Origin: Candidatus Xenobia bacterium
GTDB lineage: Bacteria; Vulcanimicrobiota; Xenobia; Xenobiales; QWHO01
DNA: 34,764 nt
Assembly (NCBI GenBank): GCA_045863235.1
Contig: BTUM01000082.1
Coordinates: 1 to 34,764 of the forward strand
Reading direction: 5' to 3'
Shown: piece by piece, positions 8,498 through 17,011 of the stretch
Numbering within the stretch: position 1 is the first letter of the stretch
How the letters are laid out: the number at the start of each line of letters is the position of its first letter
Program-made: the position numbers and the translations under genes
The notes under the pieces: generated by a model
Database searches by the model: none
Seen by the model: only the letters and a program-made list of their open reading frames with translations
Told to the model about the DNA's origin: nothing

Positions 8498-9205
8498 TCA
8501 GGCCGCCAGCCCCATCACCACGGGTCGCAGACCGTGGAGGCTCTGGCCGGCCAGGGTGTTCTGGCGGGCCAGCTCCAGCTCGAGCAGCTCGACCGGATTG
8601 CGGTAGCGCCGAGACAGGGTCTCCACCAGCATGCTGACCACGCCCTCGCGGAAGCGCTCTTCTTGCAAGAGATCGAGCAGCTCCAGGCAGGTAGCCGCAA
8701 GTCGCTGGAAAGGATTGCGCAGCAGGGCCTGGCCGATGGCTCGCGAGCGTCGGGGGACCAGGTGGATCAGGCCCAATCCGAGCCGGCCCAGGTCGGCGTG
8801 CTCGGGAAACTGGAGAAGAAACTCCAGGGCCCGGCGGGTGAGTCGCTCGGCCTCGTGTCCTCCAGACACGGTGTCGGCGGGGTGGTAGGTCAGCAGCTCG
8901 CGGGCCACTTGCGAGAGCGCCCAGCTCGGCCGGTCAGCCAGGGTCAACCCGGTGCGACTGAGCTGCAGTTCGGTGCTGGGGGACTCGGTCTCCGAGAGCA
9001 GGGCTCGGGTCAGCTGCAGGGCCGGCGAGCCCTCGGACAGGGCCTCTACCGCTGCCCGGGCCGCCGCGGCTCGATCCAGCCTTCCGGGAATGCTCGCCAG
9101 TGCCGCCCAGACCGCCGGGCCAGACTCACAGAGCATGCTCTTCTTCAGGGCCTGTCGGGATTCGTGCTCTCGAACGATGGCCAGTAGCCTGGGCAGGAGC
9201 GTCAT
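8498..9205 (-). CDS. Hypothetical alpha-helical protein (235 aa)
   Basis: GAGGAGG SD; Leu/Ala-rich; shares an AL..L...PE....R unit with the 9560 and 24087 proteins. Confidence 0.75.
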   Translation of the reverse strand: MTLLPRLLAIVREHESRQALKKSMLCESGPAVWAALASIPGRLDRAAAARAAVEALSEGSPALQLTRALLSETESPSTELQLSRTGLTLADRPSWALSQVARELLTYHPADTVSGGHEAERLTRRALEFLLQFPEHADLGRLGLGLIHLVPRRSRAIGQALLRNPFQRLAATCLELLDLLQEERFREGVVSMLVETLSRRYRNPVELLELELARQNTLAGQSLHGLRPVVMGLAA

Positions 9206-9274
9206 CGGGGCCTCCTCACGGTTCGGCTTGTTGCTGATCCTAACCGGAAGGAGGGAGGCAAGGTTCCCTGTCGG

Positions 9275-9292
9275 TGTTAACGCTTTGTTACC
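9275..9292. promoter_or_regulatory. TGTTAA-N5-TGTTAC direct-repeat box
   Basis: 11-bp period, upstream of a candidate -10 TAGGAT (9237-9242, minus strand) for gene 9205. Confidence 0.5.
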
Positions 9293-9338
9293 GAGATCTG
9301 TCGGTTTCGTGGCAAATTGCGACGCCTGGTAATAGAGC

Positions 9339-9563
9339 TTAGCCCGCGAAGCGAAAGCGGGCCAGGCGGTTGAGCACCTCGGCCGGGACGGTCCAACCCT
9401 GACCTTTGTTGCGGTGGGGCTCGAGGGCTTCCTCGGGCAGGTCCACCTCGAGCGTGACCTGGCCCCGACCGGTGGGCAGCCTGGAGAGTCGAACTCGGCC
9501 CGAGAATCCCGTGGCCAGAATGGCCTCCGCCCTGGCTCGAGAGGTGCGCAGGTAGACCTTCAT
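9339..9563 (-). CDS. Small 74-aa protein, possible degenerate ADP-ribosyltransferase-like fold
   Basis: ATG overlaps the upstream stop (ATGA); KVYLRTS..AEAILATGF...V.LS...LEVDLP...W.VP. Confidence 0.65.
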   Translation of the reverse strand: MKVYLRTSRARAEAILATGFSGRVRLSRLPTGRGQVTLEVDLPEEALEPHRNKGQGWTVPAEVLNRLARFRFAG

Positions 9564-12500
9564 TCGCGGTTCTTGGCTACGCGCACGCTGCCCACGATGA
9601 CCGAGTCTTCCTTCTCCTGCACTTCGCTGCGAGGGCCGCCCTGAGAGGCCACCACTATCCAGTAGTTTTCCTGGTAGCTGGCCAGATCTTTGGCCAGCTG
9701 GCTGCCGACCTTCACGATGTTGGCTCGCGAGCCGTCCTGCTCGATCGCGCTGGAGGCTTTCTCGAGTAACGGCAGCATCAGCCTGGTATCCCCCCAGCCC
9801 TTGCAGGCGACCATCAGCTCGTCGAAGAGCTTTCGGGCCACCGCGGTTGCGCTCTCGTCGCTGAGGTAGTTGCCGACGTAGGTCAGGAAGCTTCCCAGCC
9901 GAGCGATGTCCTGCGGAGTCCGGTTCGGCTCCTGGTTCAAGAAGGCGTGGGCCAGGTAGATCCGGTCGTTGGTGGAGGGCAGATCCATCCCCAGCACCTT
10001 CTCCATCGCCTCGAAGTAGCTCGCCTCCATCTGCTTGCCTCCGCCCCGGGCCATCGCCTTGAGCTCCTCGCAGGTCAGCCGGGCCACCCGCAGCTGCTGG
10101 CTGCCGCCGCCCGCCTGTCCCAGAGCCGCCTGGCCCACCAGCCAGAGCTGGAGCATGGGGTCGGCGTCCGTCCGCCGGTCGATCTGGTGGAAGGCGTAAT
10201 GCATGGCGTTGGCCCGCAGGTCCACCGTCTCCAGCGGAAGATCGGCCATGCGTCGCAGCATGTTGCCTGAGTGCCGCAGGGCCGGCGCGCCGGCCGAGGC
10301 GGCGGTGATCTCCCCCCACTTGGCAAAGGCGGCTACCCGGCTGGCAGAGCCGGGCCAGTTGATCTGTTGGACCGTGCTGCGCAGACTCCCCACCTGGTTG
10401 GCCAGCAGGGCCAGGCCTGCTTTGAGAGCCGGACCCGCCTCGGTGGGGGGCAGCCACTGCTCCAGATCCAGGAAAAACCCGGCTACTTCCTCGTTGGCCT
10501 GGTTGCCCTGGGCTCCGGCCTCGGTCTTGATGGCCTGGAAGATCTGGCGCTGCATGTGCAGCTCGTCCTCCTGGTTGCCGCTGGCCAGGGTGCCGGCCAG
10601 ATAGGCCAGCGGGATCCCTCTGGCCTGGCGGAAGTGGTCGAAGTAGTCCACCGCCCGCTGCAGGGTGGCGCTGCCAGCGGTGGGGTCGCTGAGCGGTTGC
10701 TGGCTGTGCTGGATCAGAAAGTCGAGCAGCGATTCCTCATTGGGCTGGCTGACCAGCGGCTTGAGGAGGGGCAGAGCCCGGGTCAGGCAGCGGGCGGCCT
10801 GGACGCTATCCCCCGCCGAGGACGCGGCCGCTTTGACCTGGAGAAGCGCCTGGTGCAAGCTGGCGGGCTGAGGCAGGCTTTTCCAGCGGGCCAGGGCAGA
10901 CAGGATGGTCTGATCGCGGTAGGGTCCCCGGGCGCTCTCGGCCACTGCCACGAAGGCCGAGAGGTAGGCGGCCTGCTTGGGATCCTGAGCCCCGGCCGCT
11001 TCCCAGCGCATGAGCTCGAGGCTGGACTTCGGGTCGCGCGTGCTGGTCACCGTATCCGAGGCGACCAGCCCGGGAGTCAGTTTGGGATCGGCCACCAGGC
11101 GCGCGGCCCCGCGGGCCAGTTGATCCCCTGACAGCTTCAGCTTGCGGGCAATCTGCAGCCAGCTGTCCAGGCGGGAGCGATCGGTCGCGCCCTCGCGCAA
11201 AGTGGTGAAGATGGCGTCCCCGAGGGCATCAGGAACCGGACGCTGGAGCAAGGACTGCACCAGCGGCATCCCGGCGGTGGCGTCGAAGGCTTTGCCCGAG
11301 GCGGCCTGGTCCAGGCAGAACTGGTGGATGAGGCGCCTGATGCTGTCGTCGGACGAGCTTCTGGCAAGCGGGCGACAGAAGTCGCGCCAGGCACCGGGCA
11401 AGAACTCTTCCAGCGCAGCGCCGACCTCGGCCGGGCGGTTGCTGGAGCGAAGCACGCCGGCGCCCACGAACACGGCTCCCTTTCCCTGTCCCAGCCTGGT
11501 CAGGGCGGCTTTGCGGAGCTCCTCGCTGTCGCATGTGGCCAGGCGCATGAGCTCGGCGTCCTCCGTCCCGGCCAGTTGTGCCAGGGGAGCAAGGGCGGCT
11601 TTCAGGCGCTCGGGGGGGAGCTGGTCCACCCGTCCCCCGCACGCCTTCACGGCCTCCGCCGGGCTGCCCGGGCGGGTTCTGGAGGCTTCCAGTGCCCATT
11701 CGGCCGGCTCGGAGGGGTCGAGCATGGCCGCCAGGGAGGCCAGAAAAGCTCCCTGCTCGGCACTCTCGCTGGTTGCCTGACCGGTTAACCATTCGGCCGC
11801 CAGGTCGCCGCGCAGACCGACCGCCTGGCTGATGGCCTGGTCGGCGTCCAGCTTGCCTTCGAGAAGATCTAGCGTGGTGGCCAGGGCTTGCTCCGGAGCC
11901 AGTTGCTTCTGCTGGCACCAGGCGGCGAACCCGGGATAGTGGGCGTTCTTGGGCAGGTCATCGATCGCCCTGCGAGCCAGCTCGGGCGAGAGCTTCCCCA
12001 GCTCCTGGGAGACATCTCGCAGGGCCGCCAGCGGCTCGGTTCGGGTAGCCACGGCCCGCAGGATGGCACCCTTCTCCCGGTCGCTCTGGCCGCTCGCCAG
12101 CCAGCTGCGAGCCCAGCTCTGCTGCTCAGCAGGGAGGCTGGAGAGCACTTCTTGCTCGACCTTCAATCGCCGCTCGGGAGCCACACGGGGCAGCGCCGTG
12201 GCGGCCATCGACAAGACCGAGGCTCCGGGTCGGCTCAGCTCGAGCAGTCCGGCCTGCAACATCGAGTAGTCGCCATCCAGGCTGGCCAGCAGGCAGGCAG
12301 CCTTTTCGCCCGAGGCCGATAGCTCTCCCACGACCTGCCTCATCAGCGCCAGGCGGGCCGCTGTATGGAGCCCCGTGGCTCTGGTTGCCCAGGCCGCCAG
12401 GGCGGGGGGGTCGGAGGGACGAGGGGTGGACAAAAGCTCCAGTCCCGCTCGACCGGCGTTCGAGCCGGCCAGAGCCCGGGCCATCGGATCGTCGGATCGA

Positions 12501-12841
12501 CGCCCCACTTCGCGACAGGCCAGCTCGGCCCGCTCCGGGGGAGCCTCAGGGCCCAGCGCGGCCAGTGCCACTGCGGCCAGGAACGAGCTCGAGGCGGCCG
12601 CCTGGCTGGCCGTGCTGTCTCCGATGCGGGCCAGCGCTTCGCGCAGCAGGGGCACGCGCAACTTGTCTTGCTTCTCTTCAGCGGCAACGGTCTGGACCAG
12701 GCGAGCGGCCGGCTCATACTCTGGCAGGGCGGCCAGCTGCTCCAGGGCCTCGTTGGCGGCCTGCAGCCGCTTGCTGGTGCCATAGAAAAGGTAGCTCTTG
12801 TCCATGCGCGCAACGGCGTCATGGCAGATCGGTCCATGCAT
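9560..12841 (-). CDS. Large Ala/Leu-rich helical orphan (1093 aa) ending in EVQEKEDSVIVGSVRVAK
   Basis: 3.3-kb uninterrupted ORF; no signal peptide; no SD, likely leaderless. Confidence 0.85.
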   Translation of the reverse strand: MHGPICHDAVARMDKSYLFYGTSKRLQAANEALEQLAALPEYEPAARLVQTVAAEEKQDKLRVPLLREALARIGDSTASQAAASSSFLAAVALAALGPEAPPERAELACREVGRRSDDPMARALAGSNAGRAGLELLSTPRPSDPPALAAWATRATGLHTAARLALMRQVVGELSASGEKAACLLASLDGDYSMLQAGLLELSRPGASVLSMAATALPRVAPERRLKVEQEVLSSLPAEQQSWARSWLASGQSDREKGAILRAVATRTEPLAALRDVSQELGKLSPELARRAIDDLPKNAHYPGFAAWCQQKQLAPEQALATTLDLLEGKLDADQAISQAVGLRGDLAAEWLTGQATSESAEQGAFLASLAAMLDPSEPAEWALEASRTRPGSPAEAVKACGGRVDQLPPERLKAALAPLAQLAGTEDAELMRLATCDSEELRKAALTRLGQGKGAVFVGAGVLRSSNRPAEVGAALEEFLPGAWRDFCRPLARSSSDDSIRRLIHQFCLDQAASGKAFDATAGMPLVQSLLQRPVPDALGDAIFTTLREGATDRSRLDSWLQIARKLKLSGDQLARGAARLVADPKLTPGLVASDTVTSTRDPKSSLELMRWEAAGAQDPKQAAYLSAFVAVAESARGPYRDQTILSALARWKSLPQPASLHQALLQVKAAASSAGDSVQAARCLTRALPLLKPLVSQPNEESLLDFLIQHSQQPLSDPTAGSATLQRAVDYFDHFRQARGIPLAYLAGTLASGNQEDELHMQRQIFQAIKTEAGAQGNQANEEVAGFFLDLEQWLPPTEAGPALKAGLALLANQVGSLRSTVQQINWPGSASRVAAFAKWGEITAASAGAPALRHSGNMLRRMADLPLETVDLRANAMHYAFHQIDRRTDADPMLQLWLVGQAALGQAGGGSQQLRVARLTCEELKAMARGGGKQMEASYFEAMEKVLGMDLPSTNDRIYLAHAFLNQEPNRTPQDIARLGSFLTYVGNYLSDESATAVARKLFDELMVACKGWGDTRLMLPLLEKASSAIEQDGSRANIVKVGSQLAKDLASYQENYWIVVASQGGPRSEVQEKEDSVIVGSVRVAKNRE

Positions 12842-12849
12842 AGGGGTGC

Positions 12850-12881
12850 AGTTTATCCGACGGGGCTGAAAGGGGGCTGAA
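12850..12881 (-). promoter_or_regulatory. Putative promoter: TTCAGCCCC direct repeat plus TAAACT -10
   Basis: Perfect 9-bp direct repeat with 11-bp period (12862-12870, 12873-12881); -10 ends 8 nt before ATG. Confidence 0.55.
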
Positions 12882-12914
12882 TGTTCAGCGAAGTTGGGTA
12901 AGGCGCGGCGTGGT

Positions 12915-13499
12915 TCAGCTGATTGTCGATACTCCCGCGCCGCGGGAGTGCAGCAAAGCCTGGCCGCGCGGTGAGAGCCGATAGCCCACCTTGAGGCTCT
13001 CGGTGAGCCCGAGCGCCTTCAGCTTGCGCACGTCAGCCTTGAAGGTGGGCTTGTCGCGCCCGATGCTGGCGGCGATGTCGGCCGCCAGCTCAGCCGGACG
13101 GGCGGCGATCAGCTCCAGGGTGGCCCAGGTCCAGGGGCCACGAGGGCTGGCCCGGTCCAGTCGGGCCAGCTTCTCGAGCAAGGTGGGAAGGTCCAACTCG
13201 GTATCCTGGCGCAGGGCAATGCGGGGATCGGCCCCGGCCCAGCTGACCTCGATGCGGTAGCAATCGCCCTCGCGGGTCAGTTGGGCCAGCAGGTCCTCCC
13301 GGGTGGCGTAGCCGGCCCGGCGGGCGTCAGCAGCCGATATGCGGGCCGGATCAACCACCTTGACCGAGCCGATGGCCAGCACTCCGAGCCGCGTCGTGAG
13401 CTGTCCACCGGCCTTGACGGTAGCGCGGCGCCAACGGCGGAAGACCAGTGTGATGGTTCCTGCGCGGATCCCTTCCAGACAGTCGTTCTTGAGCAGCAT
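12915..13499 (-). CDS. ASCH-like domain protein with C-terminal winged HTH (194 aa)
   Basis: GIRAGTITLVFRRW...VKAGG, DARRAGY, FKADVRKLKALGLTESL.VGYRLSPRG; TGATG coupling with the upstream gene. Confidence 0.85.
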   Translation of the reverse strand: MLLKNDCLEGIRAGTITLVFRRWRRATVKAGGQLTTRLGVLAIGSVKVVDPARISAADARRAGYATREDLLAQLTREGDCYRIEVSWAGADPRIALRQDTELDLPTLLEKLARLDRASPRGPWTWATLELIAARPAELAADIAASIGRDKPTFKADVRKLKALGLTESLKVGYRLSPRGQALLHSRGAGVSTIS

Positions 13500-14143
13500 C
13501 AGTAGCTCAGACCGATGGCCTCGGTGAGGAAGCGGCTGAAGGGGGATGCCTCCTGGCAGTAACCGGAGAAACGCTGAAGGAAGTCTTTCTGGCAGGCCTG
13601 CTTTTCGGTGAAGGTCCGCATGGCGATGAAGTCCTTGCGCTTGAGGTCCTCGACCAGCGGATGATCGGCGGCATAGCCCTGCGGAGGGCGCTTGAGGCTC
13701 TCCCCGCCCAGTTCGAGGGGCTCGACCGCCTGCTTCCAGCTGCGGGGATTGTCGGAGATTGCTTCCCGCACAAGGGCGGCCACCTTCGGCTCGGGCTGAT
13801 ACAGGCCCACTCCCGCGAAGACCGATCCCGGCTCGAGGTGGAGGTAGAAGCCGGGGGCGTGGATGTCTTTTGCCTTTTCGTGGCGGAACTGGGCCGCCGC
13901 GTGGGTCTTGTAGGGCGACTTGTCGCGCGAGAAGCGCACGTCGCGGTGGATGCGGAAGAAGGAGCGCTTGTCGGCCATGAAGTGGGGGCTGATCTGGTGC
14001 AGGCAAGGAGCGAAGGCCTCGATGAACTCCGCGAAGGGCCCTTTGACGGCCTGCTCGTAGCGCTTCTTGTTTTGCTCGAACCAGGTCTTGTCGTTATTTT
14101 CTTTCAGCTCGCTCAGAAAACGAAACAGCTCTTCGGTGAACAT
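13499..14143 (-). CDS. DUF2461 (TIGR02453) family protein
   Basis: FLSELKENNDKTWF, FRIHRDVRFSRDKSPYKTH, GFYLHLEP and LKRPPQGY motifs; ATG at 14143. Confidence 0.92.
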   Translation of the reverse strand: MFTEELFRFLSELKENNDKTWFEQNKKRYEQAVKGPFAEFIEAFAPCLHQISPHFMADKRSFFRIHRDVRFSRDKSPYKTHAAAQFRHEKAKDIHAPGFYLHLEPGSVFAGVGLYQPEPKVAALVREAISDNPRSWKQAVEPLELGGESLKRPPQGYAADHPLVEDLKRKDFIAMRTFTEKQACQKDFLQRFSGYCQEASPFSRFLTEAIGLSY

Positions 14144-14231
14144 AGACCGACCCTTCTTGCCGGCCAGGCTGCCTCCTCGGTCGGGAATTTCCTGAGAGGG
14201 GGGCCAGCCCCCGGGTCGAGAATCGGCTCTC

Positions 14232-14804
14232 ATGCGCAAGATGATCATGACCTTTTGCCTGCTGGCTTTGCTGGTGGTCCCTACCCGGGCCGCCCCGACC
14301 GACGCCGAATTCAAGGAGTTCCTCTTCTTTGCCGTGCTCGAGGGCCTGTTCGAGCAAGGGCTGCCCGACAACACGGTGGACCGACTGCTGCAACGCGACG
14401 CCATGAGCGGCCAGCCCTTCCTGTTCGTTTACGGCTGTCCCATCTGCCACCCGACCTACGATGCGCTGCGGCTCTATCGCAGCCGCCAGCCCATGTGGGG
14501 AGACAAGCGCGAGAGCCGAGACTTTGCCAGCAAGGTCGAGCCGGCCTTGCTCAAGCGGCTCAACGCAGACGATCCGACCACACGGGCGGAGGCCTTCGGA
14601 GAGCTGGTGGAGCAGTTCGTGGCTGCCCGCATCGCGACCAGTCGGTTCACGCCGGCCGAGCTCAAAGCCTGGCGAACCAAGCTCGACGAAGGCAAGCAGC
14701 GGGGAGAGGAGCAGCTCAAGCAATATCAGGCTCAGGGTAACACGACCTACAGCTGGATGAAGAGCTGCTCGATGTGCAACGGGGCCAATCGGGGAGCCAG
14801 GTAG
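14232..14804 (+). CDS. Secreted hypothetical protein with CPICH and CSMC motifs
   Basis: Sec signal MRK..FCLLALLVVPTRA; GC3-biased codons. Confidence 0.8.
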   Translation: MRKMIMTFCLLALLVVPTRAAPTDAEFKEFLFFAVLEGLFEQGLPDNTVDRLLQRDAMSGQPFLFVYGCPICHPTYDALRLYRSRQPMWGDKRESRDFASKVEPALLKRLNADDPTTRAEAFGELVEQFVAARIATSRFTPAELKAWRTKLDEGKQRGEEQLKQYQAQGNTTYSWMKSCSMCNGANRGAR

Positions 14805-14876
14805 GCCCGGAAGCGACAGAGCGGCCGGAGCTTCTGGTCCGGCCGCTCGGCAATCGGGCTCTGAAGTCCGGCCGCA

Positions 14877-14917
14877 AACCTCTTCGTGGTGGAGGTCTCC
14901 TCCACCACGAAGAGGTT
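14877..14917. terminator. Perfect 19-bp stem hairpin between convergent genes
   Basis: AACCTCTTCGTGGTGGAGG-TCT-CCTCCACCACGAAGAGGTT; a second 11-bp stem lies at 14819-14848. Confidence 0.6.
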
Positions 14918-14922
14918 CAGTG

Positions 14923-15378
14923 TCAGGCCGGCATGGCCGTTTTCATGCGCTCCATCATCTGGGCCGGGGTCAACTCCTCCACCTGGGTGGCAATCGACCA
15001 GCTGTAGCCTTCCGGATCGCGCAGCTTGCCGTAGCGGTCCCCCCAGAACTGGTTGGCGAGCGGCATCTCGACGGTGGCTCCGGCGGCCACGGCTCGCTCG
15101 AAGACCTCGTCGGCATCCTCCACGTAGAGCATGCAGCCGGCTGGCGAGCCGCCCATGGTCTTGGCGCTCTTCTGGCCCATCATCTCGTCGGCCAGCATCA
15201 GCACGTGGCCGTTGATGCGAAGCTGAGCGTGCATGATCTTGCCGCCCGGTCCGGGCATACGCATCATCTCCTCGGCCCCGAAGGCCTTCTTGTAGAATTC
15301 GATGGCCGCGTTGGCATCGGACATCACGAGGTGGGGAATCATTCGGTCCATTCCGTCGGGTACAGGTTTGACAGCCAT
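14923..15378 (-). CDS. VOC / glyoxalase-bleomycin resistance (PhnB-like) protein
   Basis: AIEFYKKAFGAEE, GKIMHAQL and QFWGDRYGKLRDPEG; start MAVKPVPDG after a GGAGG-like SD. Confidence 0.93.
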   Translation of the reverse strand: MAVKPVPDGMDRMIPHLVMSDANAAIEFYKKAFGAEEMMRMPGPGGKIMHAQLRINGHVLMLADEMMGQKSAKTMGGSPAGCMLYVEDADEVFERAVAAGATVEMPLANQFWGDRYGKLRDPEGYSWSIATQVEELTPAQMMERMKTAMPA

Positions 15379-15500
15379 TTGGGCTTTGCCCCCTTTCTGG
15401 AGTGGGCGGTCCATTGGTCGAGTTTGTAACAATTTCCTGCTAGATCTGTTCAGTCAGGCTGATTTTTGCGAGAATGGAACCGAATCCAAAGGAGGGGTCT

Positions 15501-16979
15501 ATGGATCCGATCGCACTGTCCGTCAACACTGCCCCCGCTGGCCCGCCGCTGGCTACCCCGCCAGGAGGGGCGGCCCAGGGCGCGCAGGGAGCCCCGGCCC
15601 AGGCCCGCCCGGCCGACCCGGCCAACCCGATCGTGCCGGCCGAGGCCACCCAGGCCTCCGATGACCTGCTGGCAGGGTTCCAGGGCATCCTGCTGCCCGG
15701 GATGCAGCAACAGCAGATCCCGCGCTCGCAGAATCCGCTGATGGGCGTGCCCATCGGGCAGCTCACCGACAAGCAGATGGATGAGGTCTTCGGGAGCCGA
15801 TCGGATGAGGCCAGGGGGGTTGCGTCCGTGCTGCCCTCGCTGACCGCGGGCGACTTTCTGCAGCTTCGCGAGGACCCCACTGCCCTGGGCGAGATCATGG
15901 AGCTGATGGAGCTGCGCCCCGACCTGAACGTGGGCGACCTGATGTACCGCGACTCCAAGGGCAACCTGCAGATCAACGGGGCGGTGCGCGATGCCAACTC
16001 GCGCGATCTCATGGTCAACCGGCCCGACATCAAGCCGGTGGAGCTCACCGACATGCGAGCCTCCTTCGCGGCCGATCTCAAGCAGCCGGCTCTGGCCGAC
16101 GTCGCCTACAAGTCGGCCCTGCAGTTGCTCAAGACCCGCTCGGACGTGCGTCCGCAAGACCTCTCCCAGCTGATGACCCGCATCCTGCGCGGCACAGGCG
16201 GCAGCAATGACCCCGGCAACGCCGCCGCCGCGGTGGAGATCTTCAAGACCGGCACCAAGCTCATGCAGACCCGCACCGACATCCAGCCGCACGACGTGGC
16301 TCGCCTCTCCGACACGGTGGCCATGATGGGCGGCAAGCAAGACGGCAAGTCGGGCATGAAGATCGCCAACGCCTTTGCGCAGGCGGCCGACTTCCTGGTC
16401 AGCAAGCCCGGCTCCAACGTGGGCGAGGTGGCCGAGCTGGCCACCACCGTGCGCCAGCGCATGCCGGGCGAGAGCGGTGACGATACCGATGCCCGGCTGG
16501 GGGTGTTCACCACCGGTCTTCAGATGATGAAGAACGTGCCCGGCCTGGGTGCCGCCGGCATCGGCACCATGCTGCAGAAGGCGGCCATGGGCCCGCCGCC
16601 CCGCGCGGGGCAGGACATGATCAACGCCTTCAACACGATGGGGGCCAACATGCTCAACGGCCGGGCCAGCATGAATCTCCTGACCGACCGCACCCAGCGC
16701 CCGACCGACCCCCGCAACCAGCAGCAGCAGGCCCAGGGCGGCGAGATCCTGCTCGATGCCGGCGGACGCGAGGTGGCTCCCATCCAACCGATCGCCGGGC
16801 GCGACCAGCAGGGCGACGCGGACGGCCAGGGAGGCCAGGGCCAGAACGACCAGGGGCAGAACGGGCAGAACGGCCAGGGTCAGAACGGTCAGGCGGAAGA
16901 TCTGAACAACGCCCCCCTGGTCGGTCCCGAGCGCACCCCCATCCCCCGCCAGTTCATCCCCCGCAACCTGCGTCGGTAG
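15501..16979 (+). CDS. Hypothetical protein with about six RPD[LI]-type helical repeats and a Gln/Gly-rich tail (492 aa)
   Basis: AAGGAGG SD before ATG 15501; strong GC3 bias. Confidence 0.85.
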   Translation: MDPIALSVNTAPAGPPLATPPGGAAQGAQGAPAQARPADPANPIVPAEATQASDDLLAGFQGILLPGMQQQQIPRSQNPLMGVPIGQLTDKQMDEVFGSRSDEARGVASVLPSLTAGDFLQLREDPTALGEIMELMELRPDLNVGDLMYRDSKGNLQINGAVRDANSRDLMVNRPDIKPVELTDMRASFAADLKQPALADVAYKSALQLLKTRSDVRPQDLSQLMTRILRGTGGSNDPGNAAAAVEIFKTGTKLMQTRTDIQPHDVARLSDTVAMMGGKQDGKSGMKIANAFAQAADFLVSKPGSNVGEVAELATTVRQRMPGESGDDTDARLGVFTTGLQMMKNVPGLGAAGIGTMLQKAAMGPPPRAGQDMINAFNTMGANMLNGRASMNLLTDRTQRPTDPRNQQQQAQGGEILLDAGGREVAPIQPIAGRDQQGDADGQGGQGQNDQGQNGQNGQGQNGQAEDLNNAPLVGPERTPIPRQFIPRNLRR

Positions 16980-17011
16980 GATGCCCGCGGGGGGGCTGAG
17001 AACACCTCCCC

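Noticed and set aside
9339..10457. 372-aa ORF as called in the track (similarly 12915-14006, 13499-14404, 24531-26054, 25524-26354)
   Set aside because: The N-terminal extensions overlap real genes; only the C-terminal parts are coding, so starts were reassigned
12850..12881. Sigma-28 (FliA) promoter
   Set aside because: GTCGGATAA resembles GCCGATAA, but the spacing, the -35 and the homologous site at 25497 (TAGACT) fit a TANNNT -10 better
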